Assembly: GCA_951406725.2 (NCBI GenBank) | Contig: OX597834.1 | Location: forward strand, 9,796,001-9,860,000 | Length of the DNA stretch: 64,000 nucleotides | Direction of reading: 5' to 3' | DNA from: Octopus vulgaris | Lineage: Eukaryota | Program-made: the position numbers and the translations under genes | Part shown: piece by piece, positions 52,793-64,000 of the stretch | How the letters are laid out: each line of letters opens with the position of its first letter | How positions within the stretch are numbered: position 1 is the stretch's first letter | The notes under the pieces: generated by a model | What the model was told of the DNA's origin: nothing | What the model saw: the letters and a program-made list of their open reading frames with translations, nothing else | Database searches by the model: none

Positions 52793-53160
52793 TAGTAGGC
52801 CGGACCAAATGCTGACCGACAGTTAGTCCGTCTTTACGTTCTGAGTTCACGTTCTGCTCAGTTTCTGTGTAATCGATTTATCTCTTCCCCGAAATTGCTG
52901 GACGTATGCCAAAATTTGAAATCAATATTAGTAGGCCGGACCAAATGCTGACCGTTCTGAGTTCACGTTCTGCTCAGTTTCTGTGTAATCGATTTATCTC
53001 TTCCCCGAAATTGCTGGACGTATGCCAAAATTTGAAATCAATATTAGTAGGCCGGACCAAATGCTGACCGTTCTGAGTTCACGTTCTGCTCAGTTTCTGT
53101 GTAATCGATTTATCCATTCACCGAAATTGCTGGCCGTATGCCAAAATTTGTAATCAATAT
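52793..53160 (+). repeat. Tandem triplication of a deleted SINE family B derivative (136, 116 and 116 bp units)
   Basis: Units start tagtaggccggaccaaatgctgaccg at 52793, 52929 and 53045. Units 2 and 3 share a 20-bp deletion. Confidence 0.92.
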
Positions 53161-53171
53161 TTCTTTTATTC

Positions 53172-53390
53172 AAGGCGTCGATTTGCCAAAATCGTTAGCG
53201 CGCCGGCAAAAATACTTAGCGTCATTTTGTCTTTCTTCATATTCTGAGTTCAAATTCCGCAGAGATTAACTTTGCTTTTCAACCTTCCAGAGTCGATAAA
53301 ATAAGTTCCGCTATAGCTCTGCAGTCGACATAATCGACTTACACACTCCCTATAACTTGCTGGCCTTGTACCAAAATTTGCAGCAAATAT
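53172..53390 (+). mobile_element. SINE family B (tail 2)
   Basis: aaggcgtcgatttgcc...ttctgagttcaaattccgc...gtcgataaaataag...ggccttgtaccaaaatttg. Confidence 0.8.
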
Positions 53391-53950
53391 CTTGTCTATT
53401 CTGTAGAGAGGAATTTTTTTCATTCTATCAGATGTTTGTTCTTCAAACAGCATGAGAAATATTGACATAAGTATACATTTTTGTATATTTATGATATGCT
53501 GCAAGTACGTATTTAAGGTATTCCACATACAGGTACAAAGTCACATTTATTTGACTGTATCATCATACAAGCTATCTTATACCAACCCATATTCGTTCAC
53601 TTAAATCCGCATTTCTCTGCTTCATCTTCGGTTACAAACGATGTATTTCAGCCTTACTCTGCTGCACCTTAATTTACGTCAACTTTCACTGTTCTAATCT
53701 TCACACAGCTATCTTCTTATGAGTCATTTTATATCTAACTACCAGATTACCATTCCATTAATCGCTACTCAACGTTCTCCAAATCAAAGAATATCTACAC
53801 AACAGTCTATCACTTAACATTCACCTCTCATCTTCAATTAATCCACCGCCTTTGAACTAAATTTCATCCAAAGCGATGTATTTAAAATTATATTTCCGAT
53901 ACCTTCTTAAGACAACTATTCAAAAGGCTGATTCAATCAGTTATAATACT

Positions 53951-54160
53951 GGTTTAAAATTTTGGTACAAGGCCAGGGAATTCGAGGGATCAAGAAAGTT
54001 GATTACATCGACTCCGGGGATGCAACTGGTACTTATTTTATCCAAGCGGAAAGGATGAAAGGTGAAGTAAACTTTATTAGAATTTGAACTCAACGTAAAG
54101 CGGACGAAATGCCGCTAAGCATTTTGCCCCCCGTCGTAACGAGTCTGCCAGCCAGCCAAC
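53951..54160 (-). mobile_element. SINE family B (tail 2)
   Basis: ttttggtacaaggccag...gattacatcgact...aaggatgaaagg...tctgccagc. Confidence 0.8.
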
Positions 54161-54500
54161 TCTCGGTCAGTTATATTATTAATATGTCTAATACGATAAA
54201 GCATCCCTGATGTAAAAGAAAATGTATCCAGCGAATCAGCTTTGATCTGCTAGAAACGGCAATTACATATTCCACATACAACTGTTTGTCTTATATCTAT
54301 AGAAACATAGGACAATATAAAATTAGACAATGACTAAACTTAGTGGGACTGAGCGCAAAAAAAAAAATAAAGGGAAACGCTGTTACAAACACCTGGCAAT
54401 TTCTAGCTCATTTTTTCTTGTAATAGCTGGAATATTTCATTAGTTATAAGGTGTGTAATTGCATTCTACATTCATTTATTTCATGATTCAGTTGCAGTAT

Positions 54501-54879
54501 TATTTTCTACTCTTGGCAAAAGGCTCGAAATTTTGGGGGAGGGGGCTAGTCGATTAGATCGATGCAACTGGTATTTAATTTATCGACCCCGAAAGGATGA
54601 AAGGCAAAGTTGACTCCGGCGGAATTTGAAATCAGAAAGCAGTGACAGAAGAAATACGGTTAAGCATTTCGCCCGGTGTGCTAACGTTCCTTATTTCTTT
54701 ATTGCCAACAACGGGCTAAACATAGAGGGCACAAACAAGGACAGACAAACGGATTAAGTCGATTACATCGACCCCAGTGCGTAACTGGGGCTTAATTTAT
54801 CGACTCCGAAGGGATGAAAGGCAAAGTCGACCTCGGCGGAATTTGAACTCAGAACGTTTCTGCCATCTCACCGCCTTCT
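54501..54879 (-). mobile_element. Composite SINE family B: tail-2 element containing a tail-1 element (54689-54852)
   Basis: Outer TSD ttcagttgca(g/a)tat at 54487-54500 and 54880-54893. The inner piece is flanked by aacgtt repeats. Confidence 0.88.
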
Positions 54880-55277
54880 TTCAGTTGCAATATCATATAT
54901 GAAACTTCCAACTAGAGATAGAGGTGTAACATAAAAGTGATGAAACTCCATGGGAACGTCCAGTGTCGTGAGGGTATGACCTCAGGGATTGTTTTCCGCC
55001 ACCAACATATCACAGGAGATTGAGCAGACAGTTCAAAAACAAAGGAGGTTGGTCAAATAAAATAATGACTCCGGAAATCTCTTCTATAGCCAAGCGACTA
55101 ACAGAAAGAATAAATAAATAAAAATATTCAACTTATTGCAGAAATGAACTAAAAAGTTTTTAAAATTGTTGAATAGGTGCCGATTATGAAAAATGTGCTC
55201 CCGGGTTGGAAAGAGGGCTCACTCTTCTTGCTTCCCTATTAGCAACGCCATTGCTGAAAAATAATAGAAACAAACAA

Positions 55278-55438
55278 GCGCAGGAGTGGTTGTGTGGTAA
55301 GTACCTTGCTTACCAACCACATGGTTCTGAGTTCAGTCCCACTGCTTGGCACCTTGGGCAAGTGTCTTCTACTATAGCCTCATGCCAACCAAAGCCTTGT
55401 GAGTGGATTTGGTAGACGGAAACTGAAAGAAGCCCGTC

Positions 55439-55482
<44 letters not shown>

Positions 55483-55680
55483 TTGTGTTTGTACCCCCAA
55501 CACCGATGCTGGTGTGTTTACGTCCTCGTAACTTAGCAGTTCGGCAAAAGAGACCGATAGAATAAGTACTAGGCTTACAGAAGAATAATTCCCGGGGTCG
55601 ATTTGCTCGACTATAAGCGGTGCTCCAGCATGGCCACAGTCAAATGACTGAAACAAGTTAGAGTAAAAAAGAGAGAGTAA
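55278..55680 (+). mobile_element. SINE family A, full length
   Basis: GCGCAGGAGTGGTTGTGTGG...GAGTTCAGTCCC...internal (TA)n(TG)n...gactgaaacaag. Confidence 0.93.
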
Positions 55681-55864
55681 GCCAGTTATGGCTTGAACTA
55701 TCTCGTCCGCACTCATAAGGATAGCAAGACTACAGTACTGGCGTTAATCTAGAATTAAACAAGCGGAATATATCTTTCAAGAGATGAGCTTTTATAGAGA
55801 AGTGATATAACATTAGAGAAAAATGCATATATATTGAGACAGACAGACATATTCAAAGTGACTC

Positions 55865-55905
55865 ATAGATAGATAGATAGATAGATAGGAATGTAGAAAG
55901 GAAGG

Positions 55906-55956
<51 letters not shown>

Positions 55957-55969
55957 GATTGTAGGAAGG

Positions 55970-56012
<43 letters not shown>

Positions 56013-56065
56013 GATTGTAGGAAGGTAGATAGATAGATAGATAGATAGATAGGATTGTAGGAAGG

Positions 56066-56096
<31 letters not shown>

Positions 56097-56365
56097 GATT
56101 GTAGGAAGGTAGATAGATAGATAGATAGATAGGAATGTAGGAAGACAGATATAGATAGATAGGAATATATAGATAGATAGATAGGAATGTAGGAAGTTAG
56201 ATAGATAGATACATACATAGATAGATAGGAAGGTAGATAGATAGATAGGAATATAAGAAGGTAGATTGATAGATAGGAATGTAGGAAGGAAGGTAGATAT
56301 ATAGATAGATAGATACATAGATAGATAGGAATGTAGGAAGGAAGGTAGATAGATAGATAGATAGA
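55865..56365. repeat. (GATA)n array with higher-order AGGA(T/A)TGTAGGAAGGT spacers
   Basis: About 9 spacer units punctuate the GATA runs. Confidence 0.93.
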
Positions 56366-56872
56366 ATTGATGATTTCATAGAAACACTTTATAAAATATA
56401 TAACGATCAAAAGAAAGGACAAATATTTGTTGTCGCATAAATGACTGTCTTGAAAGATTGAGCACCACCTGGTGGTTGTATTGTGCATTGCTCAACAGAC
56501 AATTACACAAGTCTATTTCTAATATTTCACGCGCACACAAGCACAAACTTATACACACATGCGAACATAAATACGTTTGTGTGTTAGAGTGTATATACAC
56601 AAAAGTATGATATATTTACAGTTATACATAAGTTATAATTTATGGACATATATTAGAGTCACGCTCAGAAAACATTACTCTAAAAGTGCCTTGATGAATT
56701 GTATGGTCAAATATATATATGTATGTTTGGTGATTGATTTGAGAACACAAGCGATAAAAGAAATGCAGTCTTTTCTTCACTCTATCGAAAAAATATATAT
56801 AAGAAAAATATGTTCCCAACTAAATATGCAAATGTATGTATATTTAGGGTTGGTGAGGCGTGTACACTCACG

Positions 56873-56920
<48 letters not shown>

Positions 56921-58307
56921 GAACTATACATGCGCTCACAGACATATGTGTGCGTGTGTAAGCGCGAAATCGAACACATATACAAAGGAATATAAATTGT
57001 TTTATTGATGGAAATCTTCAAAGTGTTACTGTCTTGAGGAAGGAAAAAAGAACAGAATAATATTCATTTATCTAATTCCTTTCAACAAATGATAAGGTCG
57101 AAGAAATTTCCACAAAAGGGAAAAAGATTAGTTCTTTTTTATCGCTGTCAAAGAAACTGTAGCAATTATTGTTGTTGGTGTTGTTGTTATTATTATTATT
57201 ATTATCATCATCATCATCATTTTTCCATAATCATCATTATAATGATCATCACTATAGTTGGTGGTCTTGTTTTATTGCCGTTGCTGTAAGATTTGTTTTC
57301 CTCTTTTTATTATTATTGAATGTTGCCATAAGCAGATGTGTCTTCGCCTCACTCTGAGAAATTTTTGTTTATTTGTTTGTGTGTTCATTATTTTGTGTTA
57401 TATGTGTTTTTCTATCACTGCTGAAGGGAAAAGTAATGCTTTTTGTATAATGTTCAATAGAGAACTTCCTGAAACGTGTTAGTTATCTCTCCACCACGAA
57501 GAGAGCGACATCCGATCCTTTAGTTTTTGACATAGTTTCATCTTCCACTTTCGTTCACATCTGTTTCAATATGGTCTTTCCTTGGAAAATGACCTCGTTA
57601 GAAAGAAAGTATTAGAAGCAAATGAACGTAATTAGATAAAGAATTAAATTTTATTTCAACTTGTAGAGAACAACAATGAAATTTTAGCAATAAAATGACA
57701 TTAGTTTGGACAATTTCAACGACACTTTTAACTCTACATTCCATCTAATACATTTTAACAATAGATTCCTTCTGACGGCATCTTTTTCACTAGTTTTGGC
57801 GATGATGCGTAACCCAAGAAAATACGTCTTTGCTTAAAACTTGGGAATTATCAAAATCTGGCAGAATATATATAGAGTATTTGTCTTCTCCCTTGACGTT
57901 CATGCTCAAATATTTTCAAAGTCAACATTGCTTCCATACTTTTATCCTCCTCTTCCCTTTTTGTTTAACATGCGCATTGCGTGTTCATACGTCGCTTTCT
58001 GTTTCTTATTCAAAACTGTTGATATATCACAGCCATCACACAAACATGCGGTTATGAGGAGCGCTTCGCGTTCCGATGTTTGTGAATAAATTATTTACTG
58101 TCCTCAGTATACTTTAATCCATATTAGAAACCATTATTTCTTATTGAAGGTCTAGTTAGTTGCTAAAAGCGTTAAGATCTCTGGAAAAATTCATTATTTG
58201 TTCTTAATTTCAAAAATTCTTCAAATACCACCAAATTAAATTTAGATACTTTAAGGGCTCGATAAAATAAAATACCACTCAAATACAGAAGTATAGACAT
58301 TTGCCTA

Positions 58308-58344
<37 letters not shown>

Positions 58345-58372
58345 GTTATTATTACTATTATTATTATTTTGC

Positions 58373-58760
58373 AAGTGAGCTGGCAGAATCGTTACCACGC
58401 TGGACGAAATATTTAGCGGCATTTCGCCCGTCGCTACGTTCTGATTTCAAATTCCCCTGAGGTCGAATTTCCCTTTCATCCTTTCGGAGTCGATAAATTA
58501 AGTACAATTAAATCGACTGGTCGCCTCCCCAAAATTTCAGGCCTTTGGCCTATAGTGGAAGGGATTATTATTAAATCGGCGCGCTGGACGAAATTCTTAG
58601 CGGTATTTCGCCCGTCGAAGCGTTCTGAGATCAAATTCCGTCGAAGTCGACTTCAATTTACATCCTTGCAGGGTCAATTAAATAAATAACTGTTATGCAC
58701 TGGGTCGATGTAATTGACTTAATCTCCTCCCTCAAGCCGCCTTTGTGGTAGAAAAAAATT
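58373..58760 (+). mobile_element. Two tandem SINE family B copies after (ATT)n
   Basis: 58373-58560 (gagctggcagaatcgtt...ggcctttggcctatagtggaa) and 58576-58760. Confidence 0.82.
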
Positions 58761-58802
58761 GAAATCATCGTTGTTATTATTATTATTATTAGTAGTAGTA
58801 GT

Positions 58803-58972
58803 AGTGGATGTGCGGTAAGTAGCTTGCTTACAAACCACATAGTTCCGGGTTCAGTCCCACTGCGTGGCACCTTGGGCAAGTGTCTTCTACTATAGCCTCG
58901 GGCCGACCAAAGCCTTGTGAGTGGATTTGGTAGACGGAAAACTGAAATAAGCCCGTCGTATATATGTATGTG

Positions 58973-59007
<35 letters not shown>

Positions 59008-59210
59008 TTGTGTGTCCCTGTTTGTCCCCCTAGCATTGCTTGACAACCGATACTGGTGTGTTTATGTCCCCGTATCTTAGCGGGTCGGCAAAAGAGACCG
59101 ATAGAATAAGTACTGGGCTTACTAAAGAATAAGTCCCGGGGTCGAGTTGCTCGATTAAAGGCGGTGCTCCAGCATGGCCGCAGTCAAATGACTGAAACAA
59201 GTAAAAGAGT
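58803..59210 (+). mobile_element. SINE family A, young, inserted in (AGT)n
   Basis: Near-consensus body. The first ~8 nt of the head are missing, and (AGT)n flanks both sides. Confidence 0.93.
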
Positions 59211-59224
59211 AGTAGTAGTAGTAA

Positions 59225-59420
59225 AGGAGTGGGCTGGAAGCATCGTTAGCACGAGGGAAAAATTGTATAGCGGCATTCCTCCTGTTTTTGTGTTCTGATT
59301 TCAAATGTCACCGAGATCGAACTTACATCATTTCCGGGTCGAGAAACTAAGAACTGGAGTGAATGAAACCAAATTCCTCACTCCTGAAAATTACTGGGAT
59401 TGTGCCGGAATAGTAAATGA
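59225..59420 (+). mobile_element. Highly diverged SINE family B copy
   Basis: ggctggaagcatcgttagcac...gttctgatttcaaat...gggattgtgcc. Confidence 0.55.
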
Positions 59421-60092
59421 TTATTATTTTCTTCATCATCAGCAACACCAGCATCATCATCGTCCTCGCCGTCCTTAGTGTTTTTTTTTTTTGTTCTTGT
59501 TAAGGGTAATAACATTTCATTATACTTTTTGTATACCTTAGAAATTCTTCGTGAGAAGAAACATTATTCATAAATTTGTGTATACATACATGAATAAATG
59601 TCAGATTTGCTCTCAAGAATAATTATTTGTGGAAAATAATAATAATAAAAAAAATGAACGTTGCACAGTTTCTTCCGAAAAAGAAAACTATTTTTCGCTT
59701 AACAGAAAAAAAAAATCGTGATGATAGGGATAAAAAAGAGGAAAAATATAAGAAATATAAATAACATTACTTCGTCTCGTTACTTGTCTTCACTTCAGAT
59801 ATAAACAAATCAAGCAAAAATATAAAGGCTATTCTTTGTTTCTCTATATATCTTTATCTTATCTCTGCCTGTCTATCAGTTTCTGTTTTTTCTATCTTTA
59901 TCTTTTCTCTGTCTTAATACATAAATATATACGTATACATAACGTACATACACATATAGAATTCGAATTTGGACACACATACATACATATACCGTTATAT
60001 GTTTCTATATACATTCGTACATATGCATATGTGAATCTTTTTGTGTGTGTATGGACAGATAGATAGAGGCATACGTACATACAAACATACAT

Positions 60093-60135
<43 letters not shown>

Positions 60136-61361
60136 TACTTGCATACATGAATACATACATATATATATATTTATAAAGATCAGCAATTGAAAAAAACGAC
60201 ATTGTTTTATGATGACATCATCCTGGCCAATATAATTTATCCCTCCTCAATGCGATCATTCCTTATTCTCTTAAAATATATATTCTCACTACTTATTGGA
60301 ATCTTTTCGGTTGAAACAACTCTTTCATCTTTCTTAGAAAGTGGCAAATTGACAAAGTTGGGTGAGGGTCATAAAATGCCTTGTTGTTGTTTTTTGTTTT
60401 TTTTTGCGGTACTGAGGTCAAAATACACTAACCTTTATTAATATTTTAGTCCCTTCAGATTTCGATTATTAAGGCACTGATCGAAGCCATATCTTCTTTT
60501 CTCTCTCTGTCCCCTTCTCTCCCTCTCATTCCCTCAGTAACTCTCTCTCTCCTCTCTTTCTTTCACCTTCTGAATCCTCTCAACATTCTATATTAAAAGG
60601 ACCAAAGCAGATGTCTTTACTACTATTTCAATCTTTTTTCATTGGCTCTTTATTGCTCCACTTAATTGTAAAGGCACAACGTAACATCCTATGCATCCTA
60701 TTTGCCACTGAAAATAAATGATAATTCCTGTGTTAAAAATAGTTCAGGCTCTGGACAAATTCCTTACCTCCTATGGGAAGCGATCCATTGTATTTCCCCA
60801 GGTAGTCTAACATTACTTCCACAACCACAATTTTCCAATAGGTTTATACGATAGCCTAATTATCTAAGAATACGTAATTACAATGTAATTAATTTCATTC
60901 CTAAATTAGTGATAAGTGTAGTATTTAAAAAAACGGTGAAACCGGTCGTTGCTTAATTGCGTAATTGTAATTAAACAACTAAATCAATAAATATCTTTTT
61001 AATGTCTTTTCATGGATACACGTTTAGAAGTATGTACTTCCTGAGTGCCAGTATTTATCTCTCGATGCAGCTTTAAGTTTGTTATATTTCAAATTAAGGT
61101 GCTTCTTCAGCAATCAGAGTAATATATTTAAATAAGATTTTTCTAATTCTTTTAATGTTTAATACATATAAACAGTTTATACCTGATGATGCTTTAGCAA
61201 AAGACTAATTACTTAAGACAGGTGCATAGTCAATCAAAAAGCGATCACCTGCCTTGCATCTCCTTGGAAACCAAATTAGTAACTTAGGCTTTATTCCTGT
61301 TTAAGCTATAACTTGTCACTTATTCTGTCATAAATTTCAGATGATATTCTCTCTCTTTCTC

Positions 61362-61545
61362 TTTTTACTATTCTACTTGTTTGTAATTTCACTGTGGCCA
61401 TGCTGGAGCGCTGCCTTTAGTAGAGTAAATTGACCCCATGACTTCTTCTTTGTAAGCCTAGTACTTATTGCATCGGTCAGTTTTGCCGAACCGCTGGGTT
61501 ACGGGGATGTAAACACACCAGCATCGGTTGTCAAGCGATATTGGG

Positions 61546-61580
<35 letters not shown>

Positions 61581-61800
61581 AACATGTATATATACACACA
61601 CACACACACACACACATATATACACACATACACATATATATACGTTGGGCTCCTTTCAGTTTCCGTCTACCAAATCCACTCACAGCGCTTTGGTAGGCCC
61701 TAGGCTATAGTAAAAGACAGTTGCCCAAGGTGCCCCGCAGTGGGACTGAACCCGGAACCATGTGGTTGGTAAGCATCCTACTTACCACACATCCACTCAT
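61362..61800 (-). mobile_element. SINE family A, full length
   Basis: Reverse complement of family A with an internal (CA)n/(TA)n block. Confidence 0.9.
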
Positions 61801-62071
61801 ACAACTATGACTATTATATATTGAAGAATGTGGATACAGCCTGAACATATAGTAGTGAAGGTTCATGGTCGTTATCTTTGCATTCATAGAAATGCGATTT
61901 CATGTTTTAGATATAGACGAGAATTTGAAAATAACGGTATTCCAAATGTCTGATACCACATCTTTATCAAACAGAGAATTACAGGCAATGCATTTATTAT
62001 TTTTCAAACTGATGATGGAAAGAGTTATTAGAAATTAAATTGCAGTTTTGACAGCAACTTTCGTCCATATA

Positions 62072-62461
62072 TCTTTATATATAAAAGTGAAGTTGTGTGT
62101 CTGTCTCCTACGATTTAGATTCCTAACTACTCCCACATTTTGCGGTGCAGTTTAACCAAAAGCGGGTATCTTATAGTCGTGATTCATATCGAGCCCTTCT
62201 GGGTATTAGGGCGCGTCTATGATGAGTGTACGATTTTTTAAAAATTTACCATCAATTTTTCCCATTTTAATGCATTTTTTCGCTATGATATAAGGGAAGT
62301 AACTCTCTAAAAATGTCTACGATGAGTCAACGATTTTTTTAAAATTACCATTTTTTTCCATTATTAATGCATTTTGTTTCTATGTTTTGGCTATAACTCT
62401 CTAAAAATGCTTTATAATTATTTCCCTTACAAACCCGAGCAACGTCGGGCGATACTGCTAG
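62072..62461 (+). mobile_element. Non-autonomous Helitron (390 bp)
   Basis: A|TCTTTATATATAAAA...CCCGAgcaacgTCGGG-cgatactg-CTAG|T, with no TSD. Homologous end to end with 18097-18486. Confidence 0.9.
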
Positions 62462-63297
62462 TATTTGATAAGAAAAAAACAAGTCAGTTATTTCTGAAAA
62501 CAGTACTGAAAACATTTCCTAGTGTACACATTCAAATTACTTACCGTCAATTCAATTAGATTAATTCCTGATTCCCCACAAAGCTCAAATAATTTTCCCA
62601 ATACTTTACTGATACGAAAGCCGTGAAAGAGCTGCTTCTATTGTGTTCATTTAGAAAATATCAATAGAAGACTACAGTAAAATAATTGGATTCAAACTGG
62701 AATTGGATTCACTTTTAAGAATCACAGTATTTTAGTTTTCCAGTTTGCAGCCGTTCGCTACAAGAAATCTGTATATGGAATCTGGAATTGCAAGAAATAG
62801 CAGTCGAATCTTCTGCATCCCCCGCAAAAATTGTAATTAGTAAAATAAAGAAGACATTACGTAATGTCTGAAGAAGATTAGATTATCAGGACGGGAAATG
62901 TGTTTGGGATCTTTTCTGTTTCAACGGCAGTTTTTTCTAGCGGTGTAATATGAACAAACATAAAGATACTGATTTCCTACTTTACTACACGGTATCAAAT
63001 ATATAAAATGATGTAACCTTTAACTAAATTATTAAAAACGATATGCATTTCTGAAATTAAAACAAAAGTTATAGATTTTAAAAAATTACAACTTCTTAAT
63101 TTCCGTTTTTTTCCCACTGTTTGCGTGCTTGAACCCGCTACGACGTATTTCCTTCCAAATTTCCCTTTTAAAATGTTCTGCATTTTCAAAATAAATTCTT
63201 ATAGAAATACGAACGTGAATGTTACCATTAACAGTTCCTGTAGACTTTAGTTGTTTCTTTTCTAATTTCGTAATTTTGATATCTATATATTCTGCTT

Positions 63298-63442
63298 GAG
63301 GCGGCGAGCTGGCAGAATCATTGCATTCTAAGTTCAAATGTCGCTGGAATCTATTTACACTTTCGTCCATTCGGGGCCAGTCACTGGTTTCGGTGTATTC
63401 GACTTAGATCCACCACAGATATTGTTGGTAGTGTGTCAAAAT
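63298..63442 (+). mobile_element. Deleted SINE family B copy, interrupted in its tail by the 63443 SINE
   Basis: aggcggcgagctggcagaatc head. The tail tgtgtcaaaat|ttgaaagcaatat resumes after 63725. Confidence 0.7.
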
Positions 63443-63709
63443 GTGGAAGCGCGTGGCTTAGTGGTTAGGGCGTCAGCACCATGATCGTAAGATTGTGGTT
63501 TCGATTCCTGGACCGGGCGACGCGTTGTGTTCTTGAGCAAAACACTTCATTTCACGTTGCTCCAGTTCACTCAGCTGGCAAAAATGAGTAACGCTGATAT
63601 CGACTGGCGTCCCGTCCAGCTGGGGAAAACATACGCCATTGAAACCGGGAAACCGGGCCCATAAGCCTGGCTAGGCTTTAAAATGGCGCATTTATTTAAT
63701 AAAGAAATA
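63443..63709 (+). mobile_element. tRNA-derived SINE (family C-type tail), full length, with 16-bp TSD
   Basis: A box TGGCTTAGTGG, B box GTTTCGATTCC, central TGTGTTCTTGAGCAAAACACTT...CACTCAGCTG. TSD ggta(g/t)tgtgtcaaaat at 63427-63442 and 63710-63725. Confidence 0.92.
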
Positions 63710-64000
63710 GGTATTGTGTCAAAATTTGAAAGCAATATTTTTACATATTCTCCGTTGTTCATTTATCCATTGTAAGAAAAAAAAAAAGAGAATATATTCA
63801 TTTCATTGTAATCCTATTTCACATTTCTCCTAAAATAAACTAATATAAACGGAGTCAGCTTGTAAAGTATATCTGCATATTTCAAATCCAAATTTATCAG
63901 TAAACGTAATTTAGAATATATTTAAGGAAAACCTTGCTTAGTTCTGATATATTTTGATTGTGAATTCATTTTAAATTAAATCACCATTTGTATTTATAAT

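Noticed and set aside
52793-53160. Regularly spaced repeats suggestive of a CRISPR array (also the anchor-plus-spacer minisatellites)
   Set aside because: The whole units are repeated with no unique spacers, there are no cas genes, and the context is eukaryotic. These are SINE-derived or microsatellite tandem repeats.
54961-55253. Possible hAT-like MITE (CAGTGTCGT... / ...ACGCCATTG)
   Set aside because: The termini are too degenerate, there is no clear TSD, and there is no second copy in the window.
61183-61210. CTGATGAT-GCT TT AGC-AAAAG hammerhead-like start (also CTGATGA near 7312 and 12604)
   Set aside because: No GAAA box or convincing stems I and III. A 7-mer match is expected by chance.
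62750-62800. Peptide VRYKKSVYGIWNCKK after a good acceptor, reminiscent of ribosomal protein L37a (VGIWxC)
   Set aside because: There is an immediate stop, no upstream CxxC and no further similarity. Most likely chance.
63443-63520. tRNA-like sequences at 63443, 25141 and the family A/B heads
   Set aside because: They have A/B boxes but continue into SINE bodies and tails, often with TSDs, and I could not build a clean cloverleaf. They are SINE heads, not tRNA genes.

Overview
This is very AT-rich eukaryotic non-coding DNA, either intronic or intergenic. It is saturated with (TA)n/(CA)n/(GATA)n microsatellites, compound minisatellites and interspersed repeats. The repeat families resemble my recollection of Octopus (coleoid cephalopod) SINEs; this is an inference, not a database result. 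I found no convincing intact protein-coding gene: nearly every ORF in the supplied track is a translation of a microsatellite or SINE. Supported content: about 10 copies of a tRNA-derived SINE with an internal microsatellite (family A); many copies of a second tRNA-derived SINE with two alternative 3' tails (family B); three mosaic SINEs with clear TSDs; two full 390-bp non-autonomous Helitrons plus one fragment; Tc1/mariner and hAT MITEs; and fossil hAT (Buster/Charlie), LINE endonuclease and Penelope-like ORF remnants. The most interesting signal is several unrelated short elements, mostly embedded in (TA)n, that each carry a minimal type-I hammerhead-ribozyme-like motif, often in inverted arrangements. 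One family shares a non-canonical CUGUNGA core. Also notable: a 390-bp insertion made almost entirely of microsatellite, flanked by a perfect 10-bp TSD and matching a locus 10 kb away in inverted orientation; a loop-less head-to-head SINE palindrome; and a few speculative + strand exons. Family names A/B/C and H1-H6 are my working labels. Ends of diverged copies are approximate.
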